From NCBI GenBank assembly GCA_963764715.1, contig CAVXTP010000022.1, forward strand, positions 576,001 through 640,000: DNA of 64,000 nucleotides. Direction: 5' to 3'. The translations under genes were made by a program, and so were the position numbers. Positions within the stretch are counted from its first letter, which is position 1, and every line of letters begins with the position of its first letter. This document shows, piece after piece, positions 9,479-17,548 of this stretch. The notes below the pieces were generated by a model that saw nothing but the letters and a program-made list of their open reading frames with translations, was not told the DNA's origin and searched no databases. The stretch comes from an uncultured Acidobacteriota bacterium (GTDB lineage: Bacteria > Acidobacteriota > Thermoanaerobaculia > UBA5066 > Gp7-AA6).

Positions 9479-10587
9479 TGCGGATCGCGGTCCTCGGCGC
9501 CGCCGGCGCCATGGCCCAGGTCGTCGTGCGCGACCTGCTCGAGTTCGTCTCCGCCGTGGAGATCACGGCCGCCGACCGGCGGGCCGTCACCCACGCCGAC
9601 CCGCGGGTCCGCCCCGCCGTGCTCGACGCCCGGGACGAGGCCGCCACGGCCCGTCTTCTCGAGGGGCACGACGCGGTTCTGAACTGCGTCACCTACTATT
9701 TCAACCTGCCGATCATGCGGGCCGCGCTCGCGGCGCGGGTGCCGTACAGCGACCTCGGCGGCCTGTACCACGGCTCGATCCAGCAGTTCGGCCTTCACGA
9801 CGCGTTCGTCGCGGCCGGCGTGCCGGCGCTCCTCGGGATGGGCTCGACGCCCGGGATCACGAACGTGATGGCCGGCGAGCTCGCGCGCGGGCTCGACTCG
9901 GTCGAGGCCATTCACGTCCGCGTGGGATGCATCGACCGGTCGGCCTCGGGGCCGCTTCCCGTCCCCTACGCCCTCGACACCGTGCTCGACGAGTTCTCCC
10001 TCGAGCCGATGGTTTTCCGGGACGGCCGCGCCGGAGCGGTTGTTCCCATGAGCGGCCGGGAGGCGATCGAATTTCCGGAGCCGGTGGGACGCGCCGAGGC
10101 CCTCTACACGCTGCACTCCGAGGTCGCCATGTTTCCGCGCTCCTTCCCTGGCCTGCGCGAGGCGAGCTTCAAGGTCGCCTTCGAGCCCGAGTTCACGAAG
10201 AAGGTCGCCTTTCTCGTGGAGCTCGGGTTCGCTTCCCGCGAGAAAATCGGAGGGATGTCGCCGCGCGAGATGCTCCTCGAGGTCGCCGCCCGCCAATCGA
10301 TGCCTGCCGGCGACCCGCAGGACTGCGACGCCCTGCGGGTCGAGCTGACGGGCTCGCAGGGAGGACGAACGGTTCACCGCCAGGCGGAGATGGTCGTCCT
10401 CCCCCACCCCGACTGGAAGGTTGCGGCCGGCTCGCTCGACACGGGTGTCCCGCTCTCGATCGCCGGACAGCTCCTCGCCGCGAAAACGATCCGCACGCCG
10501 GGCGTGCTCTGCCCCGAGACGGCCGTGCCGACCGAGCTCTTCTTCGAGATGCTCGCCCGGCGCCACATGCGCGCGCAGTTCCGCTAG
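9475..10587 (+). CDS. Saccharopine dehydrogenase-like NAD(P) oxidoreductase
   Basis: VLGAAGAM Rossmann motif, YSDLGG, GMGSTPGITNV, HSE, PGVLCPE; overlaps stop of patA copy 2. Confidence 0.8.
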   Translation: MMRIAVLGAAGAMAQVVVRDLLEFVSAVEITAADRRAVTHADPRVRPAVLDARDEAATARLLEGHDAVLNCVTYYFNLPIMRAALAARVPYSDLGGLYHGSIQQFGLHDAFVAAGVPALLGMGSTPGITNVMAGELARGLDSVEAIHVRVGCIDRSASGPLPVPYALDTVLDEFSLEPMVFRDGRAGAVVPMSGREAIEFPEPVGRAEALYTLHSEVAMFPRSFPGLREASFKVAFEPEFTKKVAFLVELGFASREKIGGMSPREMLLEVAARQSMPAGDPQDCDALRVELTGSQGGRTVHRQAEMVVLPHPDWKVAAGSLDTGVPLSIAGQLLAAKTIRTPGVLCPETAVPTELFFEMLARRHMRAQFR

Positions 10588-10607
10588 AGTCGAGAAAGGA
10601 AAGAGCC

Positions 10608-11972
10608 GTGGCCATCGCTTCCGTCAACCCCGCGACCGGAAAGACCCTCAAGGCGTTCGAGCCCCACTCCGAGGCCGAGATCGAGCGCCGGGTCGCGCTC
10701 GCGGCGGAGGAGTTCGTCCGCTGGCGGCGCCGTCCCTGGGCCGAGCGCGCCTCCCGGATGGCGAAGGCCGGGGACGTGCTCGACGCCCGGAAGGCCGAGT
10801 GGGGGCGCCGAATGACGCTCGAGATGGGCAAGCCGATCGCCGCCGGCGTGGCCGAGGCCGAGAAGTGCGCCTGGGTCTGCCGCTTTTACGCCGAGAACGC
10901 GGAGCGCTTCCTGGCCGACGAGCCGGTCGAAACCGACGCCCGCCGCAGCTTCGTCCGCTACGACTCTCTCGGGCCCGTCCTCGCCGTGATGCCCTGGAAT
11001 TTCCCGTTCTGGCAGGTCTTCCGTTTCGCCGCGCCGGCGCTGATGGCCGGCAACGTCGGCCTCCTCAAGCACGCGTCGAACGTCCCCGACTGCGCGCTCG
11101 GGATCGAGGAGATTTTCCGGGAGGCGGGGTTCCCCGAGGGCGCGTTCCAGACGCTCCTCGTCGGGCCGGACCGCGTGGCGCGGCTCATCGACGATCCCCG
11201 CATCGCGGCCGTGACGCTGACGGGAAGCGAGGGCGCGGGCGTGTCCGTCGGCCGGAGCGCGGGCGCCCAGATCAAGAAGGCCGTGCTGGAGCTCGGCGGG
11301 AGCGACCCCTTCATCGTCATGCCGAGCGCGGACCTCGAAGCCGCGGCCTCGACCGCCGTCAAGGCGCGGACGATCAACAACGGCCAGTCCTGCATCGCGG
11401 CCAAGCGCTTCATCGTCCACCGGGACGTGGCCGACGCCTTCGAGAAGCGCTTCGTCGAGAAGATGCGGGCGTTGAAGGTCGGCGACCCGATGGATCCCTC
11501 GGTCGAGGTCGGCCCGCTCGCCACGCCCGCGATCCGCGACGAGGTCGACGGCCTCGTCCGCCGCACGGTCGCCGCGGGCGCGCGTGTGCTCCTCGGCGGA
11601 AAGCCCGCGGAGGGGCCCGGGAACTTCTATCCGCCGACGGTCCTCGCCGACGTTCCGGCCGGCAGCCCCGCCGACGTCGAGGAGATCTTCGGCCCCGTCG
11701 CGAGCCTCTTCCGCGTCAAGGACATCGGCGAGGCCATCGCCGTCGCCAACCGCACCCGCTTCGGCCTCGGCTCTTCGGCCTGGACGAACGAGCCCGCCGA
11801 GCGCGACCGCTTCGAGCGCGATCTCGAGGCCGGCGCCGTCTTCATCAACGGCATGGTCAAGAGCGACCCGAGGCTGCCGTTCGGCGGAGTGAAGAAGTCC
11901 GGCTTTGGCCGCGAGCTCGCGGAGCACGGCATCCGCGAGTTCGTCAACGTCAAGACGATCTGGGAGGCATGA
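10608..11972 (+). CDS. NAD(P)-dependent succinate-semialdehyde dehydrogenase (Sad/GabD1 type)
   Basis: GTG 10608 after AAAGGA; VMPWNFPFWQVFRFAAP, LKHASNV, ELGGSDP, NNGQSCIAAKRF, EIFGPV. Confidence 0.9.
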   Translation: MAIASVNPATGKTLKAFEPHSEAEIERRVALAAEEFVRWRRRPWAERASRMAKAGDVLDARKAEWGRRMTLEMGKPIAAGVAEAEKCAWVCRFYAENAERFLADEPVETDARRSFVRYDSLGPVLAVMPWNFPFWQVFRFAAPALMAGNVGLLKHASNVPDCALGIEEIFREAGFPEGAFQTLLVGPDRVARLIDDPRIAAVTLTGSEGAGVSVGRSAGAQIKKAVLELGGSDPFIVMPSADLEAAASTAVKARTINNGQSCIAAKRFIVHRDVADAFEKRFVEKMRALKVGDPMDPSVEVGPLATPAIRDEVDGLVRRTVAAGARVLLGGKPAEGPGNFYPPTVLADVPAGSPADVEEIFGPVASLFRVKDIGEAIAVANRTRFGLGSSAWTNEPAERDRFERDLEAGAVFINGMVKSDPRLPFGGVKKSGFGRELAEHGIREFVNVKTIWEA

Positions 11973-11973
11973 G

Positions 11974-12055
11974 GAGGGCGGGGACGAGCCCCGCCCCTAC
12001 GCCGGAGCGGCGAATCCGCTACGGCAGAGTAGGGGCGGCCCTCGCAGCCGCCCTC
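11974..12055. repeat. REP doublet (REPIN/BIME-like) between convergent genes
   Basis: 11974-12000 is the exact reverse complement of 7887-7913; second unit GTAGGGGCGGCCCTCGCAGCCGCCCTC at 12029-12055; the spacer forms its own hairpin. Confidence 0.8.
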
Positions 12056-12060
12056 CCCCC

Positions 12061-13521
12061 CTAGCTCGGCAGGAAGCTCGCCCCCACGGTCTGCGCGATC
12101 CGCGCCATGACGTGCTTGACCTGCGTGTAGTCCTCGATCGCGTACATCGACATGTCCTTGCCGTAGCCCGACTGCTTGTAGCCGCCGTGCGGCATCTCGG
12201 AGACGAGCGGCAGGTGATCGTTGATCCAGACCGTCCCGAAGCGCAGCTTGCGCGCCGCGTTCAGGGCGCGGTTGACGTTCGTCGTCCAGACGGAGGCCGA
12301 GAGGCCGTAGTCGACGTCGTTGGCCCAGGCGATCGCCTCCTCGTCGTCCTTGAAGCGCGTCACGGTGATCACCGGACCGAACACTTCCTTCTTCACGATC
12401 TCGTCGGTCTGCTTCGCGTCGGCCACGACCGTCGGCTCGAACCAGAAACCCTTTCCCTTGCGTGCCTTTCCTCCGGTCAGGACCTTGACGTGGCCCTTCG
12501 ACGTGGCGCGGTCGAGGAACCCGGCAACGCGCTTGCGGTGCTCGGCCGAGATGACCGGCCCCATGTTCGTGTCTTCCTTCTGGATGTCGCCGACGACGAT
12601 CGACTCGACGGCGGGAACGAGCGCGGACAGCAGCTTGTCGTAGATGCGCCCGCTCGCGTAAAGCCGCGTCGCGGCGGTGCAGTCCTGGCCGCTGTTGGCG
12701 AAGCCCGCCATCTTGATCCCCGGGATGACGAGGTCCATGTCGGCGTCGTCGAAGATCAGGACGGGCGCCTTGCCGCCGAGCTCGAGGTGGACCTTCTTCA
12801 GCGTCGCGGCGGCGGCTTTCGCGACTTCCTTGCCCGTCGCGACGTCTCCCGTCAGTGACACCATGTTGACGCGCGGGTGCTTGACCAGGGGCGCGCCGAC
12901 GGGCTCTCCATGGCCGGTGATGACATTGAAGACGCCGGGCGGGAAGACGTCGCCGGCGAGCTCCGCCAGTCGCAGCGTCGTCAGCGGCGTCTGCTCCGAG
13001 GGCTTGAGGACGACCGTGTTCCCGGCCGCCAGCGCGGGTCCGATCTTCCAGATCGCCATCATGAGCGGGTAGTTCCAGGGCGCGATCGATCCCACGACGC
13101 CGACCGGCTCCCGCCGGATCATGCTCGTGTAGCCGGCGAGGTACTCCCCGGCCGCCTTGCCCTCGAGGCACCGGCAGGCGCCCGCGAAGAACCGGAGGTT
13201 GTCCACCATGAACGGGACCTCGCTCTTCGCGAGCCCGATCGGCTTGCCGACGTTGTCGGCCTCGAGCGCCGCGAGCTCGTCGGCGTTCTTCTCGATGACG
13301 TCGGCGAGCTTGAGGAGCATGAGGCTGCGTTCGCCCGGTGTGGAGTCCTGCCACTTCCCGAACGCCGCCGCGGCGGCGTCGACGGCGCGGTCCACGTCCT
13401 CGGCGTCGCACGTCGGGACTTTCGCGAGGGTCCGCTCGTCGACCGGACTGATGATCGCCTCCTCGCGCCCGCTGACGGACTTGACCATCTTCCCGTTGAC
13501 GAAGTTCTTGTAGCTCTTCAC
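12061..13521 (-). CDS. patD: Gamma-aminobutyraldehyde dehydrogenase
   Basis: LRFFAGACRCLEGKAAGEY, PWNYPLMMA, ELGGKAP, NSGQDCTAA, SEMPHGGYKQSGYGKDMS; AAAGGAG SD. Confidence 0.9.
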   Translation of the reverse strand: MKSYKNFVNGKMVKSVSGREEAIISPVDERTLAKVPTCDAEDVDRAVDAAAAAFGKWQDSTPGERSLMLLKLADVIEKNADELAALEADNVGKPIGLAKSEVPFMVDNLRFFAGACRCLEGKAAGEYLAGYTSMIRREPVGVVGSIAPWNYPLMMAIWKIGPALAAGNTVVLKPSEQTPLTTLRLAELAGDVFPPGVFNVITGHGEPVGAPLVKHPRVNMVSLTGDVATGKEVAKAAAATLKKVHLELGGKAPVLIFDDADMDLVIPGIKMAGFANSGQDCTAATRLYASGRIYDKLLSALVPAVESIVVGDIQKEDTNMGPVISAEHRKRVAGFLDRATSKGHVKVLTGGKARKGKGFWFEPTVVADAKQTDEIVKKEVFGPVITVTRFKDDEEAIAWANDVDYGLSASVWTTNVNRALNAARKLRFGTVWINDHLPLVSEMPHGGYKQSGYGKDMSMYAIEDYTQVKHVMARIAQTVGASFLPS

Positions 13522-13605
13522 CGGTTGCTCCTTTCGCGGGTTCCTATCCTAGCAACGACTTGCCGAGAACCGTTCTCCGCTCCCGTCGCGCGCGTCGAGC
13601 GCGCC

Positions 13606-14670
13606 TCAGAGCGACTTGATCTCCGTCCAGTACTCGTCCATCACTTCGGTGGCCTCGCCGATGTCCCGGACGAACTCGCAGCGCCCGAGGGCCGAGGCCG
13701 GCGGGTAAATGGCGGCGTCCTCGAGGATCTCCGGCCGGATGAAGCGGCGCGCCGGGACGTTGGCGCTCGCATAGCTGATGCCGTTGACGATGCGCGCCTC
13801 GACCTCGGGCTCCAGGATGTAGTCGAGGAAGGCGTAGATCGACTCGACGTTGCGGGCCCGGGCCGGGATGCAGACGCTGTCCATCCAGAGGGTGGCGCCC
13901 TCCCTCGGGAGAACGTAGGCGAACTTCGCCGGCTCCCGCGCGACGAGCTTGGCGAGCTGGCCGTTGTAGCCGTGGGCGAAGACGACGTCGCCGGCCGCCA
14001 GGATGTTCTCGTAGTCGCCGCTGTTGTAGGTCTTGACGAGGGGCTTCTGCTTCTTCAGGAGGTCCGCGGCCTGCCGGAGGACGGCCGGCTCGGTGCTGTT
14101 GAGCGAGTGGCCGAGGTGCTTGAGGGCCGCCGCGAAGCACTCCCGCATGTCGTCGAGCATAAGGATCTGGTCCCTGTTGGCCGCATCGAAGAGGGGCGCC
14201 CAGCTATCCTCGGATCGCCCGGCGCGTGGGATGTTGTACCCGTAGCCCGTCGTGCCCCAGACGTACGGCAGCGAGTAGCGGTTGCCGGGGTCGAACTCCT
14301 GGTCGAGAAAGCGCGGGTCGAGGTTGCCGAAGTTCCGAAGCCTCCCCTTCTCGAGAGGCCGCAGAAGCTTCGAGAGGACGAGGATCCGCACCATGTAGTC
14401 CGAGGGGACGACGAGGTCGTAGTCGGCCACGCCCGACTGGAGTTTCGCCAGGACCGGCTCGTTCGAGTCGTAGAGGTCGTAGCGGACCGCGATGCCGGTT
14501 CGCCGCGTGAACTCGTCGATGACCTCCTTCGGGAGGTACTCCGACCAGATGTACAGGTTGAGCTTCTTCTCGCCGGGCCCGGGATAGGGCAGCTCGTCGC
14601 CCCCCGGGCCGCAGGCGCCTCCGGCGAGCGCCAGCGCTCCGGTCGTCAGCCACCACCGGCGCGACTTCAA
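13606..14670 (-). CDS. potD: Spermidine/putrescine ABC substrate-binding lipoprotein
   Basis: TTG start overlapping potC stop; lipobox AGGAC; LYIWSEY, YDSNE, VPSDYMV, PYVWGTTG, PREGATLWMD. Confidence 0.88.
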   Translation of the reverse strand: MKSRRWWLTTGALALAGGACGPGGDELPYPGPGEKKLNLYIWSEYLPKEVIDEFTRRTGIAVRYDLYDSNEPVLAKLQSGVADYDLVVPSDYMVRILVLSKLLRPLEKGRLRNFGNLDPRFLDQEFDPGNRYSLPYVWGTTGYGYNIPRAGRSEDSWAPLFDAANRDQILMLDDMRECFAAALKHLGHSLNSTEPAVLRQAADLLKKQKPLVKTYNSGDYENILAAGDVVFAHGYNGQLAKLVAREPAKFAYVLPREGATLWMDSVCIPARARNVESIYAFLDYILEPEVEARIVNGISYASANVPARRFIRPEILEDAAIYPPASALGRCEFVRDIGEATEVMDEYWTEIKSL

Positions 14671-15452
14671 CTCTCGGCCCGCTCCGGCGGCGGCTGCTGG
14701 AGCCGCTGCGCGACGAGGATGAGGACGATGGTCACGGCGAGAAGGAGCGTCGATACCGCGTTGACCTCCGGCGTCACGCCGACCTTGAGCATCGAGTAGA
14801 TCTGGAGCGGCAGCGTCGTCGCGCCCACGCCCGCCACGAACGAGGTGATGACGTAGTCGTCGATCGACACGGTGAAGGCGAGAAGTGCCCCCGAGACGAC
14901 CCCCGGCAGGATCAGCGGCAGCGTGACCCGGACGAATGTCTGAAACGGCCGCGCCCCGAGGTCGAGCGCCGCCTCCTCCAGAGAGCGATCGAAGCCCGAA
15001 AGCCGCGCCCGGACGACGATGGCGACGTAGGAGATGCTGAAGACGACGTGAGCGATGACGACCGTCGTGAGCGAGAGTCGCAGCCGCGCCACCCCGAAGA
15101 AGGTCACCAGGGCCGCGCCGATGACGATCTCCGGGATGATGATCGGCAGGTACAGCAGGTTCTTCGTCGCCGCCTCCCCGCCAAACGCGTAGCGCCCGAG
15201 GGCGAGGGCGACCATGGTCCCGAGGACGGTGGCGATCGCGGTCGTCGCCGCCCCGACGATCAGGCTGTTGCGCACGGCGCCGAGGATGAGGTCGTCGTGC
15301 AGCAGGCTCCGGTACCAGTCCAGGGTGAAGCCCTGCCACACCGCCGTCTGGCTCGTCCGGTTGAAGGAAAAGAGCACCAGGATCGCGATCGGCGCGTAGA
15401 GGAAGACGTACACGAGGAAGGCGTGCGCGCGGAGCAGCGTTCCCGGCCTCAC
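14667..15452 (-). CDS. potC: Polyamine ABC permease
   Basis: GTGA overlap; FLYAPI..SFN, EEAALDLGA, SIDDYVIT, TTLPLQIY. Confidence 0.9.
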   Translation of the reverse strand: MRPGTLLRAHAFLVYVFLYAPIAILVLFSFNRTSQTAVWQGFTLDWYRSLLHDDLILGAVRNSLIVGAATTAIATVLGTMVALALGRYAFGGEAATKNLLYLPIIIPEIVIGAALVTFFGVARLRLSLTTVVIAHVVFSISYVAIVVRARLSGFDRSLEEAALDLGARPFQTFVRVTLPLILPGVVSGALLAFTVSIDDYVITSFVAGVGATTLPLQIYSMLKVGVTPEVNAVSTLLLAVTIVLILVAQRLQQPPPERAES

Positions 15453-16345
15453 AGGAGGACGTCCTCGCCGCGACGCCGGGTGTAGCGGGCGTAAAGGAAG
15501 AGGAGCAGCAGGACCGCCGCCGTCAACTCGAAGGCGATGGCCGAGCCGAAGGGTTTGTTCCGGGCGACCGCGAACTGGTTCTGGATGAGGTTGCCGGCGA
15601 GGATCGTCTTGGCCCCGCCGAGGAGGTCCGAGACGATGAACTGGCCGAGGCTCGGCACGAAGACGAGGATGATGCCCGCCACGATCCCCGGCATCGTCTG
15701 CGGCACGGTGACCCGCCAGAACGCCGAACCCGCCGGAGCGCCGAGGTCCGCGGCCGCCTCGAGGAGCGAGAGGTCGAGCTTCTCGAGGGAGGCGTAGAGC
15801 GGCAGGATCATGAACGGGAGCTCGCCGTAGACCAGGCCGAGGAGGACCGAGAAGTCGTTGTACAGGAGCTCGATCGGTCCGGACGTCAGCCCCGAGCCCA
15901 CGAGGAGCCGGTTGATCAGGCCCTCCGTTCGCAGGATGAACATCCAGGCGTAGGTCCGGATGAGGAAGCTCGTCCAGAACGGCACGACGACGAGGCCGAG
16001 CAAGAGGTTGCGCCTTCGGGCCGGGGCGACGACCGCGACGTAGTACGCGACCGGGTAGCTGATCAGGAGGCACAGCCCGGTCGTGACGACGGCCATCCAG
16101 ATCGACCGCCAGAAGATCTGCAGGTAGATCGGGTGCAGCGAGCGCGCGTACTGCGCCAGGAACTTCCCCGAGGCGAGGTAGGCCCCGAGGTCCTCGATCG
16201 GCTTGAGCCCCCCGTAGATCGCGCGCTGCCCGAAGCTGATGAGGAAGAGAACGACGAGGGGCGCGAGGAAGAAAACGCCGAGGACGATCCAGGTCGGGAG
16301 CGCCAGGGCGTAAGCGGCCCGTCCGGACCCTTTCTCGTCGCTCAC
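15449..16345 (-). CDS. potB: Polyamine ABC permease
   Basis: PFWTSFLIRTYAW, LPFMILPLYASLEK, EAAADLGA, GNLIQNQF. Confidence 0.9.
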   Translation of the reverse strand: MSDEKGSGRAAYALALPTWIVLGVFFLAPLVVLFLISFGQRAIYGGLKPIEDLGAYLASGKFLAQYARSLHPIYLQIFWRSIWMAVVTTGLCLLISYPVAYYVAVVAPARRRNLLLGLVVVPFWTSFLIRTYAWMFILRTEGLINRLLVGSGLTSGPIELLYNDFSVLLGLVYGELPFMILPLYASLEKLDLSLLEAAADLGAPAGSAFWRVTVPQTMPGIVAGIILVFVPSLGQFIVSDLLGGAKTILAGNLIQNQFAVARNKPFGSAIAFELTAAVLLLLFLYARYTRRRGEDVLL

Positions 16346-17472
16346 GATCGGCCGGCCTCTTCCCGAATGAGGACGGCGTGGCGGGGGTCCCAGCAGGCGT
16401 CCAGGCCGCTCCCGACCGGGTGGCGCGACGACTCCTCGAACGGCTTCTCGTTCTGCTCGTAGACGGTCAGCCGCTCCCCCGCCGCGTCGCGGACGATCCA
16501 GACCGTCGAGACTCCCTGGTAGACCCGCTCCTCGACCGTGACCGCGACCGACGAGACTCCGCGGTCGGACGCCCCGCTCCGGGGGCGCAGCTCGAGCTTC
16601 TCGGGCCGCACGACGAAACGCACCGCGTCGCCGGCGCGGGGCCGGGCCTGGCCGGGCGCGAGCGGCACGCGCGTGTCGCCTCCGGCCGCGAGCTCCAGCG
16701 TCACCGCGTCCCCCGACGCCTCCCGAACGCGGGCGGCAAAGAAGTTCGACGCCCCCATGAAGTTCGCGACGAACTCGGTCGCCGGCCGCTCGAAGACGGT
16801 CGAGGCGTCGTCGGCCTGCTCGACCCGTCCCCGGTTCATGACGGCGATCCGGTCGCTCATCGTCAACGCCTCCTCCTGATCGTGCGTGACGAAGATGAAG
16901 GTGATGCCGAGCTCCCGCTGCAGGTGCTTGAGCTGGACCTGCACCTCCTTGCGGAGCTTCTGGTCGAGGGCGCCGAGGGGCTCGTCGAGGAGCAGGACCT
17001 CGGGCTCCAGGGCCAGCGCGCGGGCCAGCGCGATCCGCTGCCGCTGGCCGCCGGAGAGCTGGTGCGGCCGGCGCTTCTCGAAGCCCGTGAGCTGAACGAG
17101 GCCGAGGACGTCCGCGACGCGACGCGCCTGCGCCTCCCGGCCCAGGTCCCGGTAGCGCAGGCCGAACGCGACGTTCTCCTCGACCGAGAGGTGGGGAAAG
17201 AGGGCGTAGTGCTGGAAGACCATGTTGACCGGGCGCCGGTAGGGCGGCGTGTGCGTCACGTCCGCCCCCCCGATGCGCAGGGACCCGGCCGTCGGCCGCT
17301 CGAACCCGCCGATCATCCGGAGCAGCGTCGTCTTGCCGCAGCCCGACGGGCCGAGCAGGGAGAAGAACTCCCCGCGGCGGATGTCGAGGGAGACGTCGTC
17401 GACGGCCGCGGTTTCGCCGAAGCGCTTCGTCAGCCCGCGGATCTCGACGCTGATCTCGCTCGCCATGGACAC
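16342..17472 (-). CDS. potA: Polyamine ABC ATPase
   Basis: GPSGCGKT, VFQHYALFPH, LSGGQRQR, LLDEPLGALD, VTHDQEEA; alternative ATG at 17466. Confidence 0.9.
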   Translation of the reverse strand: MSMASEISVEIRGLTKRFGETAAVDDVSLDIRRGEFFSLLGPSGCGKTTLLRMIGGFERPTAGSLRIGGADVTHTPPYRRPVNMVFQHYALFPHLSVEENVAFGLRYRDLGREAQARRVADVLGLVQLTGFEKRRPHQLSGGQRQRIALARALALEPEVLLLDEPLGALDQKLRKEVQVQLKHLQRELGITFIFVTHDQEEALTMSDRIAVMNRGRVEQADDASTVFERPATEFVANFMGASNFFAARVREASGDAVTLELAAGGDTRVPLAPGQARPRAGDAVRFVVRPEKLELRPRSGASDRGVSSVAVTVEERVYQGVSTVWIVRDAAGERLTVYEQNEKPFEESSRHPVGSGLDACWDPRHAVLIREEAGRS

Positions 17473-17480
17473 CCGGGAGA

Positions 17481-17541
17481 GGGTCAGGTCTTCAAATTTC
17501 GGATCTCCCGGGTCGAGAACCGAAAAATGAAGACCTGACCC
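17481..17541. repeat. 61-bp imperfect palindrome (REP/MITE-like)
   Basis: Perfect 14-bp arms GGGTCAGGTCTTCA / TGAAGACCTGACCC plus inner pairing TTTCGG..CCGAAA. Confidence 0.75.
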
Positions 17542-17548
17542 CCGGGGC

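Noticed and set aside
13552-13566. Sigma54 promoter upstream of patD (CGGCA..TTGC)
   Set aside because: GG-to-GC spacing is 9 nt rather than the required 10.
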